From NCBI GenBank assembly GCA_032160945.1, contig JAVHTL010000003.1: a DNA stretch of 64,000 bases, one strand, 5' to 3'. The stretch is from Armatimonadota bacterium (GTDB taxonomy: Bacteria > Armatimonadota > Fervidibacteria > Fervidibacterales > Fervidibacteraceae). Below, piece by piece: positions 38,204 to 47,348 of the stretch; position 1 is the first letter of the stretch, and the number at the start of each line of letters is the position of its first letter. The position numbers and the translations under genes were made by a program. The notes beneath the pieces were generated by a model. That model made no database searches. It was not told the DNA's origin and was given only the letters and a program-made list of their open reading frames with translations.

Positions 38204-39316
38204 ATGGCAAAACAGGTTGCTTTTGTTGACACCAAACCCTTTTGGGAATTTGATTACGGTCCAACGCATCCGCTCAAAATGTGGCGGCTAAAATTGACGC
38301 AAGAGTTGCAAAGAAGTTTCGGGTTGCTTGAGCAAGTTGAACTTATTGAGCCTCGCATGGCAACCGATAAGGAAGTCCTCGTATTTCACGAACCCGATTA
38401 CCTTCAAGCCCTTGTTGATGCCGATGAAGGGATTTGGTCGCCAAAACTTATCCGCTACGGCTTGGGCACTCCAGATTGCCCAGTGATGGAAGGCGTTTAT
38501 ACAGGTGCAATGCTATCGGCAGGTGCTTCCGCTCAGGCTGCACAACTTATTGCCGAGGGCAAATTCAATATCGCCTTCAACATGGCTGGTGGTCTACACC
38601 ATGCAATGCCAAGTTACGCTTCAGGTTTTTGCTACATCAACGACCCTGTTGTCGCCATTTACAAGTTGCTTCAAAAGTTTGAACGAGTTGCTTACATTGA
38701 CATTGATGCCCATCACGGCGACGGAGTTCAAGTTGCCTTCTACCATAACCCGCAAGTCTTGACAATCAGTTTGCACGAGAACGGACGATATTTGTTCCCT
38801 GGCACAGGTTTTGAGAGCGAGATGGGCGAAGGTGAAGGTTTTGGGTTCGCATTGAACATACCCTTCATGCCTTACGCTGGCGACGATGTTTATCTTCGCG
38901 TCCTTGATGAAGTTGTTTTGAGGGCATTGGAGAAATTCCAACCTAAAGCCATCGTCACTCAACTTGGCGCTGACGCTTTGCACGGCGACCCCATCACTCA
39001 TTGGAACTTGACGACCCACAGTTACTTGCAGGCAATTCAAGCCTTCAAGGAACTCAAATTGCCTTGGCTCGCTTTAGGTGGTGGCGGTTACAACATCGCA
39101 AATGTTTGCCGATGTTGGACATTAGCCCTGGCGACTATGCTCAAAACAGACTTGCCCAATGAAGTGCCAGAAGAGTGGAAACCCCTCGCACGACAATACG
39201 GAATTTACCTTGATAATTTGATGGATGTTGAACCGACGAATTCAACACCGACGGTCAAAGCAGACACTGAACGAATCATCAATTGGCTCAAGGGGAATCA
39301 TCCGCTGCTTCAGTGA
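38204..39316 (+). CDS. acuC: Acetoin utilization protein AcuC / histone deacetylase family
   Basis: THPLKMWR, GGLHHA, SGFCYIND, YIDIDAHHGDGVQ, GADALHGDP, GGGGY. Confidence 0.93.
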   Translation: MAKQVAFVDTKPFWEFDYGPTHPLKMWRLKLTQELQRSFGLLEQVELIEPRMATDKEVLVFHEPDYLQALVDADEGIWSPKLIRYGLGTPDCPVMEGVYTGAMLSAGASAQAAQLIAEGKFNIAFNMAGGLHHAMPSYASGFCYINDPVVAIYKLLQKFERVAYIDIDAHHGDGVQVAFYHNPQVLTISLHENGRYLFPGTGFESEMGEGEGFGFALNIPFMPYAGDDVYLRVLDEVVLRALEKFQPKAIVTQLGADALHGDPITHWNLTTHSYLQAIQAFKELKLPWLALGGGGYNIANVCRCWTLALATMLKTDLPNEVPEEWKPLARQYGIYLDNLMDVEPTNSTPTVKADTERIINWLKGNHPLLQ

Positions 39317-39330
39317 AAATCAAATGCTTT

Positions 39331-39831
39331 TTAGCGCAATCGGAAGAACTGAAGCAGTTGTTGAAGGGCAGGATTGCCCCTTACGGCTTCCCAAATCGCT
39401 CTCTCCGCTTCTTTACGGATAAGGGGTTCTGACTTTTCCAAATCAAAGCGCCATAGGATAACTTTGTCTCTGGTCAGAACGAAAGGCATATTCAAGTTGC
39501 CACTCAAGTTTACAGTGGTGTTACCAATTTTCACTTGCGAGAACTTGATAGAGATTTTCGCAACTTTCTGCCCTTGCTGGTCTTCAATGCCAGTTACTTG
39601 AGCACTTATGCCAGAGAGCATGTTAGCAAAACGAAACAGATTTGAAACTCGCTCCTTGTCCTTGGGAAGCACGAGTTTCTTCATTGCTGTTTCGTCCTGC
39701 CTAACGATGGCATCAGACCACCTTTGTGCAACTTTTTGTGGTGAGTTCATGAAAGCGACATAGACCAAAACAATAACCGCAACAACCAAAATTAGCCCCA
39801 AAACAGTTGCAACTGCTTTGCCCTGTCTCAT
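39331..39831 (-). CDS. Membrane-anchored hypothetical protein (NTF2-like helix/strand pattern)
   Basis: N-terminal TM helix, then SPQKVAQRWSDAI..D...MKKL. Confidence 0.7.
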   Translation of the reverse strand: MRQGKAVATVLGLILVVAVIVLVYVAFMNSPQKVAQRWSDAIVRQDETAMKKLVLPKDKERVSNLFRFANMLSGISAQVTGIEDQQGQKVAKISIKFSQVKIGNTTVNLSGNLNMPFVLTRDKVILWRFDLEKSEPLIRKEAERAIWEAVRGNPALQQLLQFFRLR

Positions 39832-39984
39832 CGTCTCATCACGCTCCCATTCATCACGCTTCCACTTTTAACTGACTGTTTTCATCCTGCGCTAAAATTT
39901 TGGCTCAAGACAATTTGAATTGGTAAGATTTTTGCATCATTTGAAAACCCTTGCTACATCTCGGTGGCATATGGAGAGAGACCA

Positions 39985-40842
39985 ATGGCGAAACGAATTG
40001 GCAATCGCTTCTGGCAAATAGGTTGTCTTGGGACAATTTTGGTTGCGATGGCGATTTTCATTTGGGTGGTTGGCTCAACGAGCCAAATTCCTACTACAAG
40101 CATCATCACACAACGAGCAGTGTTAGTTCTTCATGGACCGCTGAACCCAAATGATGAGGGTATCAAGGCTGCTTGGGATGCGTTAATTGCGAAGTGGCGG
40201 AGTGAGAATGTGCCAGCGTGGCGAGTCTTGGTGTGGCTTGGCATTCCAAGGGAGTTGACGGTCGTCATTTACGATGCACAACCTTCACCATTGAGCGTCG
40301 TTGCTGTTAACTTCCGCAAAGGTTTCCGATGGCTTTGGCTTCCACTGAGAATTTTCGGAAAGGATTACAAAGGTGCTTATTACCTCCCTTCCCATCACTT
40401 CGTCGCTGGCATGATAGGTGGGACTGTCATCTTTGCTGAAGACGAAGTGACTTTCTGTTATGCCGTTGACAACCTTATGAGCGCAAGCAAAAGTGAAAAA
40501 CTGAACTTGAAACTCATGCACAAATTTCGCAACCTATGCGATTTCGTTGGGTTCGTCAATCCTCAACTGCTTTCAGCCAAAGAACATATCCAGTTACCAG
40601 CGAACTTAGGTGAAATCGGGATTGACATAGTTGATGCCAGCGAGTTGGTGTGGTCAGTCTTTTGGATTTGTCAAAGCGAGCGTGAAGTTAAAGCAATGAT
40701 GTATGCTTCAGAGAAATTTGAGAAGGAAGAGGCGGAAACTTGGACACGCAAAGGCGCTCAAGTCTCGTTTCGCAAGCAAAGTAAAGGCTTGTTCGTATGG
40801 TGGGAATTTCGGCTGAAAAACTTCATGGCTCTCTTACCCTAA
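39985..40842 (+). CDS. Membrane-anchored hypothetical protein
   Basis: Open 285-aa frame with an N-terminal TM helix; no family recognised. Confidence 0.7.
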   Translation: MAKRIGNRFWQIGCLGTILVAMAIFIWVVGSTSQIPTTSIITQRAVLVLHGPLNPNDEGIKAAWDALIAKWRSENVPAWRVLVWLGIPRELTVVIYDAQPSPLSVVAVNFRKGFRWLWLPLRIFGKDYKGAYYLPSHHFVAGMIGGTVIFAEDEVTFCYAVDNLMSASKSEKLNLKLMHKFRNLCDFVGFVNPQLLSAKEHIQLPANLGEIGIDIVDASELVWSVFWICQSEREVKAMMYASEKFEKEEAETWTRKGAQVSFRKQSKGLFVWWEFRLKNFMALLP

Positions 40843-40913
40843 GCCTATTGACATCATTTCACACCTTAGCCATAATTGCAACGAGCAAAATTCTAACGAA
40901 GAGGTGATGAACG

Positions 40914-42098
40914 ATGCGAAGGTCAGTGGTTGTTTGCGTTTTGGTTTCGGTTCTGAGCATCATGGCTGTTGGGTTCGGGCAGCAACTTGGACCAAGGTTC
41001 ATGGACAGGTCGTTCCATCGCCCCGGAGCACGGGCGTTAGGAATGGGCGGAGCGTATCTTCTGGCAACGGACGATGCAACGGCAGTTGCGTGGAACCCTG
41101 CTGCGTTGGTAAATGTTAAGCGTTTCACTTTGCCAGTTGAAATCGTTGGGAGAACGAATTTTGATGTCCGTGACATTCAAGACTTGGTTGATGACTTGGA
41201 AACTATTCGCGACCAAACAGATGTTGGTGACCCACAACAAGTTATCGCCGCCATTCAAAATGCTTTCACTCGTGTCCAAAATTTCGCTCGCAGCAGACCT
41301 ACTTTGAGAGCATCCCTTTTACCATTTGGTGGACTTTCGTTTGGTAACTTCGCATTAACCGCTAATTCAGAGGCAATCGTTCAAGTAGATACATGGGTTG
41401 ACACTAATAGTGACCCTATTGGTGTTAGTGGTGGTGCCCCGTTACCTACCCCTAACCTTTATTTTCGTGGTGGTGCCATTGCCCTTACAAGTGTTGGTAT
41501 CGCTAACGCTCATTCCTTACCAGCGGGATTAACTCTTGGCATAACGGTCAGATATGTAAGGGCTGATTTTGCTGGCTTCTTTGGTGGGGCAACTACTAAT
41601 ATCTCTGCAAGAGATCCTGTCATAGGTCAGGACTTTGATCGAGTGGACGAAGCCAAGTTCACCTTTGACATTGGTGCGATTTGGGAACCTCCAGTTCAGC
41701 CACCGATGTGGCGAATTCGCTACGCTGCTGTTGTGCGCAATGTTTTGCCAATGAAGTTCAACTTGCCTGCAACTTCTAACGGTATTCCTCGCCCTGGCTT
41801 TGACTTTTCCTTTCGCCTCAATCCAGAAATTGACCTGGGAGTTTTGGCGGCGTGGAAAGAGCGAACAATCGGAGTGCTTGAACTGCACAATGTTACTCAA
41901 ACCAATGGTGGCAAAAGGACCATCCATGTAGGTGTTGAGCATTTGCTTGGTGGCGATGTCTTTGCTGTTCGCGTTGGCTACGATGACGACAAACCTGTTT
42001 TGGGTTTGGGGATTAACTTTAAACTCCTCAGGATTGATTTGGCTTCAGGACTTAGACCCAAAGAGCGAGCAGGAATCGGGATAAGTTTTCGGTTCTAA
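40914..42098 (+). CDS. Outer-membrane beta-barrel, TraF_2/PorV/FadL-like
   Basis: Signal peptide, PGARALGMGGAY.A..DDATAVAWNPAAL, C-terminal aromatic residue (ISFRF). Confidence 0.75.
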   Translation: MRRSVVVCVLVSVLSIMAVGFGQQLGPRFMDRSFHRPGARALGMGGAYLLATDDATAVAWNPAALVNVKRFTLPVEIVGRTNFDVRDIQDLVDDLETIRDQTDVGDPQQVIAAIQNAFTRVQNFARSRPTLRASLLPFGGLSFGNFALTANSEAIVQVDTWVDTNSDPIGVSGGAPLPTPNLYFRGGAIALTSVGIANAHSLPAGLTLGITVRYVRADFAGFFGGATTNISARDPVIGQDFDRVDEAKFTFDIGAIWEPPVQPPMWRIRYAAVVRNVLPMKFNLPATSNGIPRPGFDFSFRLNPEIDLGVLAAWKERTIGVLELHNVTQTNGGKRTIHVGVEHLLGGDVFAVRVGYDDDKPVLGLGINFKLLRIDLASGLRPKERAGIGISFRF

Positions 42099-42130
42099 AG
42101 TTGCTCAGACATTGAAAATGATGCAAAAGC

Positions 42131-42158
42131 AAAGGGGCAGACCTCACTCTGCCCCTTT
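42131..42158. terminator. Bidirectional hairpin terminator between convergent genes
   Basis: AAAGGGGCAGA-CCTCAC-TCTGCCCCTTT, an 11-bp perfect stem. Confidence 0.7.
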
Positions 42159-42179
42159 AATGCTTCCACAAAGTTTGCT

Positions 42180-42573
42180 AAGCGGCAAAAAAGTTTTCTG
42201 CCGTCACTTCAATAGTTCACTCGTTAATCTGACGGATACCTTCATGAAGGTAACTGCTGACATGTTCAGGCGATGTGAACTCAACTCGCAAGGTTGTTGG
42301 CTCGGCAGGACGATACGGCTTGACATTTGGCGGGTCCTTAGCAACTTCTGCTACAGCAGTTTCTACCTTTCGCCACGCATCCTGCGGGGCAAGGCAACAA
42401 GAAGCAAATCGGCTTATGCCTACCTTGACACAAACTGTCCTAACATTTTCGCCCAAAGTCACTTTCGCTTCCCTGCAAGTTGCTTCATCGCCAGTGAGAA
42501 GCAAAACTGGGACACTGAAGTGACCGCAAACACCAGCACAAATTGCAATTTCTCCCACCAGTTCACCATTGAT
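42180..42573 (-). pseudogene. dppA: 3' half of an M55 D-aminopeptidase (DppA-like), decapitated at the MITE
   Basis: INGELVGEIAICAGVCGHFSVPVLLLTGDEATCREAK...VCVKVGISRF...LRVEF...RQINE*TIEVTAENF. The frame begins exactly at the MITE end and has a premature TGA at 42217. Confidence 0.75.
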
Positions 42574-42702
42574 TAGGACTTACGCAGTTGATGTCATTTT
42601 GTGTAGGGGCGGACGATAGTCTGCCCGAAAACATCCTTGGGGTTAAAACTGCCCTTGCGGGCGGCTTAACAGCCACCCCTACATCCAACTGCGTAACTCC
42701 TA
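42574..42702 (+). mobile_element. MITE copy 2 (129 bp)
   Basis: TA-GGACTTACGCAGTTG ... CAACTGCGTAACTCC-TA with two internal GTAG REPs. Confidence 0.9.
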
Positions 42703-42831
42703 CCCAATTTGCAAACAAAGTGCTCAAAGCAATTTTCGGCAATGCAATTTTAGCCTGCTTGTCAAACCCAAAGCCAGATGATAGTTTCGCCGAAGCAGTC
42801 AAACTGATTGTGTCAAACTGTATTCGGGTGA

Positions 42832-43830
42832 TTGGTGATGTTCTGGATAGGTTATTACCTGCTCGCAACAGTCGCAAGTCAAAGTGACGGCTTCGTGATG
42901 ACAGTGAGAGGTCCCGTTAATGCTTTGGAGTTTGGTAAGGCTTTAGTTCACGAACATATCATCTGCGATTTTATCGGCGCTGACAAAACCGGAAAACATC
43001 GCTACAACCCTGAGGATGTGGTTAGAACCATGCTGCCATTTTTGAGAGAGGTTAGGGAACGAGGTTTTACTGGCTTCGTTGACGCAACTCCCGCTTTCAT
43101 TGGGCGAGACCCCATTGTCCTAAAGAGGCTCTCCGAGTTAACAGGATTGCACATATTGACGAACACAGGATACTACGGTGCAGCGAAGGACAAGTTTCTA
43201 CCTCAGCATGCCTTCACGGAAACCGCCGACCAACTTGCGCAGCGATGGATTTCCGAATGGCGTGACGGGATTGAAGACACAGGTATCAAACCCGGCTTCA
43301 TAAAGATAGGCGTTGACCCAGGACCTTTGAGCGACATTGACAAAAAATTAGTTCGGGCTGCTGCGAGAACTCACTTGCAAACTGGGTTAACAATTGCCTG
43401 CCATACGGGCGAAGCCCGTGCTGCCCTTGAAGTGCTGGAAATAGTCAAAAGGGAGGGAGTTGACCCATCAGCGCTGATCATAGTCCATGCCGACAGTATG
43501 GCAGACGAGCGAGTTCATGAAAGTTTGGCAAGTGAGGGTGCATGGGTTGAGTATGACGCAGTTGGAGCAAAACCAGTTAGCGAGCATGTCAGGTTGATTT
43601 CATCAATGGTGCAAAAGGGTTTTACCGACAGGCTTTTGCTCTCTCACGATGCAGGTTGGTATTGGGTTGGTGAACCTGATGGCGGTAGGTCAAAAATCCG
43701 ACCTTACAAAGCATTGATGGATAAACTTTTTCCTGCCCTGAGGCAAGCAGGAATTGAAGAGGCAATTTGGGAAAAGATACTCGCCCATAACCCACAAGAA
43801 GCGTTCAAGGTTAGAGTGAGACGAAGGTGA
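42832..43830 (+). CDS. Phosphotriesterase-related amidohydrolase
   Basis: LVHEHI, VDATPAFIGRDP, ILTNTGYY, PGFIKIGVD, IACHTG, IIVHAD, RLLLSHDAG. Confidence 0.93.
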   Translation: MVMFWIGYYLLATVASQSDGFVMTVRGPVNALEFGKALVHEHIICDFIGADKTGKHRYNPEDVVRTMLPFLREVRERGFTGFVDATPAFIGRDPIVLKRLSELTGLHILTNTGYYGAAKDKFLPQHAFTETADQLAQRWISEWRDGIEDTGIKPGFIKIGVDPGPLSDIDKKLVRAAARTHLQTGLTIACHTGEARAALEVLEIVKREGVDPSALIIVHADSMADERVHESLASEGAWVEYDAVGAKPVSEHVRLISSMVQKGFTDRLLLSHDAGWYWVGEPDGGRSKIRPYKALMDKLFPALRQAGIEEAIWEKILAHNPQEAFKVRVRRR

Positions 43831-43837
43831 AAGGGCA

Positions 43838-44368
43838 ATGGGAGTAGCAATTAGAAAAGTTGAAGGTTGGGGATGGATTGGTGTAGGGATGACGGAAAAG
43901 GGAGTTGCAAAAGTTGTCTTGCCAAAAGGTTCAAAGTGCGCCGTTGAAAAAGCCTTGAAGCAATTTGAGGACAAGACAAACCAAAAACTTGCTGAACAGT
44001 GCGTTGATTTGCTTTCGCGATATCTGAGAGGCGAATTTGTAGCATTGAAAGATATCCCGATTGACTGGGGAGCAACTGGCGAAACTCATGGCAAAATTTT
44101 GCGAACCCTTTGGAGGAAGGTGGGGATAGGGCGAACAATTACTTACGGAGAACTTGCTCAACTCTGCGGAATTCCAAAGGGATCAAGGTTAGTTGGGCAA
44201 GCGATGGCGAAAAACCCTTTCCCCATCATCGTTCCTTGCCACCGAGTTATTCGCTCCGATGGTTCTCTCGGGAGTTTTTCAGGCGGGATTGAACTAAAAC
44301 GGAAATTGCTGAGGTTGGAACGGTCAATTTCTAAGGCAAAAGCAAGTGAGTTTGGTCACAACCTCTAA
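43838..44368 (+). CDS. ogt: Methylated-DNA-protein-cysteine methyltransferase
   Basis: GRTITYGELA, RLVGQAMAKNPFPIIVPCHRVI, GGIELKRKLLRLE. Confidence 0.95.
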   Translation: MGVAIRKVEGWGWIGVGMTEKGVAKVVLPKGSKCAVEKALKQFEDKTNQKLAEQCVDLLSRYLRGEFVALKDIPIDWGATGETHGKILRTLWRKVGIGRTITYGELAQLCGIPKGSRLVGQAMAKNPFPIIVPCHRVIRSDGSLGSFSGGIELKRKLLRLERSISKAKASEFGHNL

Positions 44369-44378
44369 CCGAGAGATG

Positions 44379-44387
44379 TGTTATACT
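44379..44387 (+). promoter_or_regulatory. Putative extended -10 promoter
   Basis: TG-T-TATACT upstream of the nucleotide-sugar dehydrogenase gene. Confidence 0.4.
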
Positions 44388-44508
44388 TAAGCCCAGCCTA
44401 ACTGACCGGCTGGTTCAAAATAATGTCAAAAGGCTTTACTATTTGTTGGGCGAACTTTCGGGAGGTTTTTGGACCATCGGACAGGGAATAGGTTGAGACC
44501 AAAATGAG

Positions 44509-45789
44509 GTGATTGAGATGGAACGAAGAGACGAAAGTGTTGGGATTGTTGGGCTTGGTTATGTTGGGCTTCCACTTGCCATTGCCTTCGCTCAAAGCCA
44601 AATGAAAGTCATTGGAGTTGATACTTCTTCCGAGCGAATAAGTCTTCTCCTTCAGGGTCGTTCCTACATCACTGACATTCCAGACCAAACCATTGCATCC
44701 CTCCGAGACTTTTTTTATCCCACAAACGATTATGCTGCTTTAGAGGAATGCGATGCCGTCATAATTTGCGTTCCCACTCCTCTGGCTAAGACGGGCGAAC
44801 CAGACATCTCTTACATCCTTTCGGCAGTGGGAAATTTGCGACCTCATTTAAGACAGGGTATGCTCGTCGTTTTGGAAAGCACTACCTACCCTGGCACCAC
44901 TGAGGAAGTTGTAAAACCAATGCTTGAGGAAAGTGGGTTTGAAGCGGGCGTTGACTTTAATTTGGCTTATTCGCCTGAAAGGATAGACCCAGGCAACAAA
45001 AAGTGGACAATTAGCAACACTCCAAAGGTAGTTGGTGGCTTAACTCAAAAGTGCACCGATAGGGCTTGCTCTCTTTACTCCCGCATTGTTAAAGAAGTCG
45101 TCCCAGTTTCATCACCTAAGGTGGCTGAGATGACCAAATTGCTTGAGAACATCTTTAGAGCGGTGAACATCGCTTTGGTCAACGAAATGGCGATTTTGTG
45201 CAGAAGGATGGGGATAAGCGTGTGGGAAGTGATAGATGCTGCATCAACTAAGCCTTTCGGGTTCATGAGGTTTGAGCCAGGACCTGGGATAGGTGGTCAT
45301 TGCATTCCCATTGACCCACTTTACTTAGCATGGAAGGCAAGAGAGTTTAACCAAGAGACCCGTTTCATCAAAGTTGCTGATGCCGTTAACAGGCAGATGC
45401 CAGAGTATGTTGTCGGTCTGATAGCCGACGGTTTGAACGAGCACGGGAAGCCTTTGAAGGGTTCAAAAATTTTGCTCTTGGGAATTGCATACAAGCCAGA
45501 AGTGAGCGATTACCGAGAATCACCTGGTTTGGCTTTAGTTGAGATTTTGCGTCAGAAGGGGAGCATCATCCTTTACCACGACCCTTATGTCCCTGAAATT
45601 CAACTTGACGGTGCATTAATGCGTTCAGTTGAGTTGAGCGAGTTGGAGTTGGCTGAAAGCGACTGCGTCGTCATTGTTACAGCCCACATGTGCTATGATT
45701 GGGAATGGGTTGTAGCCAACTCCAAACTGGTTGTTGACACAAGGGGAGTGACGAGAAACATCAAGGCTCAAAATGTCCTCATGCTTTAA
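44509..45789 (+). CDS. Nucleotide-sugar (UDP-GlcNAc-type, WbpA/WecC-like) dehydrogenase
   Basis: GLGYVGLPLA, IICVPTP, LESTTYPGTT, SPERIDPGN, GPGIGGHCIPIDP, LGIAYKP..SDYRESP. Confidence 0.95.
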   Translation: MIEMERRDESVGIVGLGYVGLPLAIAFAQSQMKVIGVDTSSERISLLLQGRSYITDIPDQTIASLRDFFYPTNDYAALEECDAVIICVPTPLAKTGEPDISYILSAVGNLRPHLRQGMLVVLESTTYPGTTEEVVKPMLEESGFEAGVDFNLAYSPERIDPGNKKWTISNTPKVVGGLTQKCTDRACSLYSRIVKEVVPVSSPKVAEMTKLLENIFRAVNIALVNEMAILCRRMGISVWEVIDAASTKPFGFMRFEPGPGIGGHCIPIDPLYLAWKAREFNQETRFIKVADAVNRQMPEYVVGLIADGLNEHGKPLKGSKILLLGIAYKPEVSDYRESPGLALVEILRQKGSIILYHDPYVPEIQLDGALMRSVELSELELAESDCVVIVTAHMCYDWEWVVANSKLVVDTRGVTRNIKAQNVLML

Positions 45790-45911
45790 CGAAAAGCATT
45801 GCAAGTGTCCTTCGCCTTTTCACTCAAGGTGTAGGCAAATCCCCTCTAATTGCTTTTGCGTCTGAGATTTTAAATCTGTGGATGAAATGAAGGGAAGAGA
45901 GGTAAGCAGAC

Positions 45912-47207
45912 ATGTTGGTTTACGAAATCATCCGCAAAAAATTGGACGGCGAGTTGAACACACCCGAAGAAATTTACCAATTGGTCTCAGGCTTTATTCG
46001 CAACGAAGTCGCATCAGAACAAATGGCTGCTTGGTTGGCTGCAGTTTACATTCGCGGGATGAGTGATGAGGAAACTTGGTGGTTGACTGAAGTAATGGCA
46101 AAAAGTGGTCGGATGATTGATTTGTCGGCAATTGAAGGGATTAAAGTTGACAAGCACAGCACTGGCGGAGTTGGAGACAAAGTCAGTATTGTGGTAGTCC
46201 CATTGGTTGCATCTTCAGGTGTCCCTGTCGCTAAGTTAACTGGCAGGTCACTTGGTCATACTGGCGGAACTGCTGATAAACTTGAGAGCATCCCTAACAT
46301 GAGGCTTGACTTGAGTGAACAGGAGTTTGTATCGCAGGTTAAGCGAATTGGCTGCGCAATCGCTGTAGCAACTGAGGACATTGCTCCTGCCGACAAAAAA
46401 ATCTACGCTTTAAGAGACAAAACAGCCACAATAGCGTCAATTCCGCTCATCGTTAGCAGTATCTTGAGCAAAAAACTCGCTGGTGGTGCTGACGCATTCG
46501 CTTTTGATGTCAAGTTTGGAGATGGGGCGTTCATGAAGCGACTGGAAGATGCTAAAGCCCTTGCCGAAAGTCTCGTTAGGATAGCCAAGTTGGCAGGCAA
46601 AAAGGCTGTCGCTGTCATCTCAAGCATGGAACAGCCACTCGGACACGCTATCGGCAACGCAATAGAAGTCGCTGAAGCCATTGAAGTTTTGAAAGGCAAA
46701 GGTCCTGAAGATGTTCGGAAACTTTGCCTTGAGATTGCTGCTCAAATGTTATGGCTTGGAGGTGCCGCAACCAACCCTAAAGAAGGCAAATCTAAAGCGA
46801 TGGAACTTCTTGAAAGCGGTGCAGCGTTGGATAAGTTCAGGGAATTGGTGACTGCTCAAGGCGGTGACGCCAGAATTGTGGATGAACCCGAAAGACTGCC
46901 TCAACCTTCTTACAAGGTTGAAGTGAAATCTGAAGAAAGTGGGACAATATCTGCCATTGCGACAAGGGAACTCGGATTGCTTGCCGGTCAACTGGGAGCG
47001 ACCCGAATTGGGACTGAAAAAGTTGACCCTTCTGCTGGCATAAAGGTCTTGAAAAAGGTCGGAGAGGTCGTAAGTGCAGGTGAGCCAATCGCTATTTTAC
47101 AAAGCAACAAGGCTATCGGCAACGACTTAGTGGCTAAAGTTAGGGCTTGTTTCAAGTTTGAAGAGGGTGGAAAAATTCCGTCCATTTTGGCGGGATTTTT
47201 CGGATAA
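45912..47207 (+). CDS. pdp: Pyrimidine-nucleoside/thymidine phosphorylase
   Basis: DKHSTGGVGDK, GRSLGHTGGTADKLESI, APADKKIYALRD, SILSKKLA, DVKFGDGAFMK. Confidence 0.95.
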   Translation: MLVYEIIRKKLDGELNTPEEIYQLVSGFIRNEVASEQMAAWLAAVYIRGMSDEETWWLTEVMAKSGRMIDLSAIEGIKVDKHSTGGVGDKVSIVVVPLVASSGVPVAKLTGRSLGHTGGTADKLESIPNMRLDLSEQEFVSQVKRIGCAIAVATEDIAPADKKIYALRDKTATIASIPLIVSSILSKKLAGGADAFAFDVKFGDGAFMKRLEDAKALAESLVRIAKLAGKKAVAVISSMEQPLGHAIGNAIEVAEAIEVLKGKGPEDVRKLCLEIAAQMLWLGGAATNPKEGKSKAMELLESGAALDKFRELVTAQGGDARIVDEPERLPQPSYKVEVKSEESGTISAIATRELGLLAGQLGATRIGTEKVDPSAGIKVLKKVGEVVSAGEPIAILQSNKAIGNDLVAKVRACFKFEEGGKIPSILAGFFG

Positions 47208-47241
47208 AATGGGCAATTTCCCAAACCTTTTGCAAAATTGG

Positions 47242-47270
47242 TTGTTTTTTTCGGCGAAACGGAATATAAC
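47242..47270 (+). promoter_or_regulatory. Putative sigma70-type promoter of the sigma-factor gene
   Basis: TTGTTT-N17-TATAAC. Confidence 0.5.
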
Positions 47271-47348
47271 ATGAAGCGGGCACAAAATTGCAACCCCGAA
47301 AGGGGTTAAAAGAGATAAAGCCACAGTTGATAGAGGTGACCTAGCCTT

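Noticed and set aside
39836-39866. 15-bp direct repeat TCATCACGCTCCCAT/TCATCACGCTTCCAC
   Set aside because: Most simply a local duplication of the SD region of the 166-aa gene.
42798-42820. Direct repeat GTCAAACTG x2 upstream of the phosphotriesterase gene
   Set aside because: Only two 9-bp copies with no linked regulator; could be chance.
47280-47335. c-di-GMP-I riboswitch upstream of the sigma gene
   Set aside because: It has GCAA-stem-GAAA-stem and AAAGCC, but lacks the GACGC junction and a convincing second stem with tetraloop receptor. Kept only as a plain hairpin.
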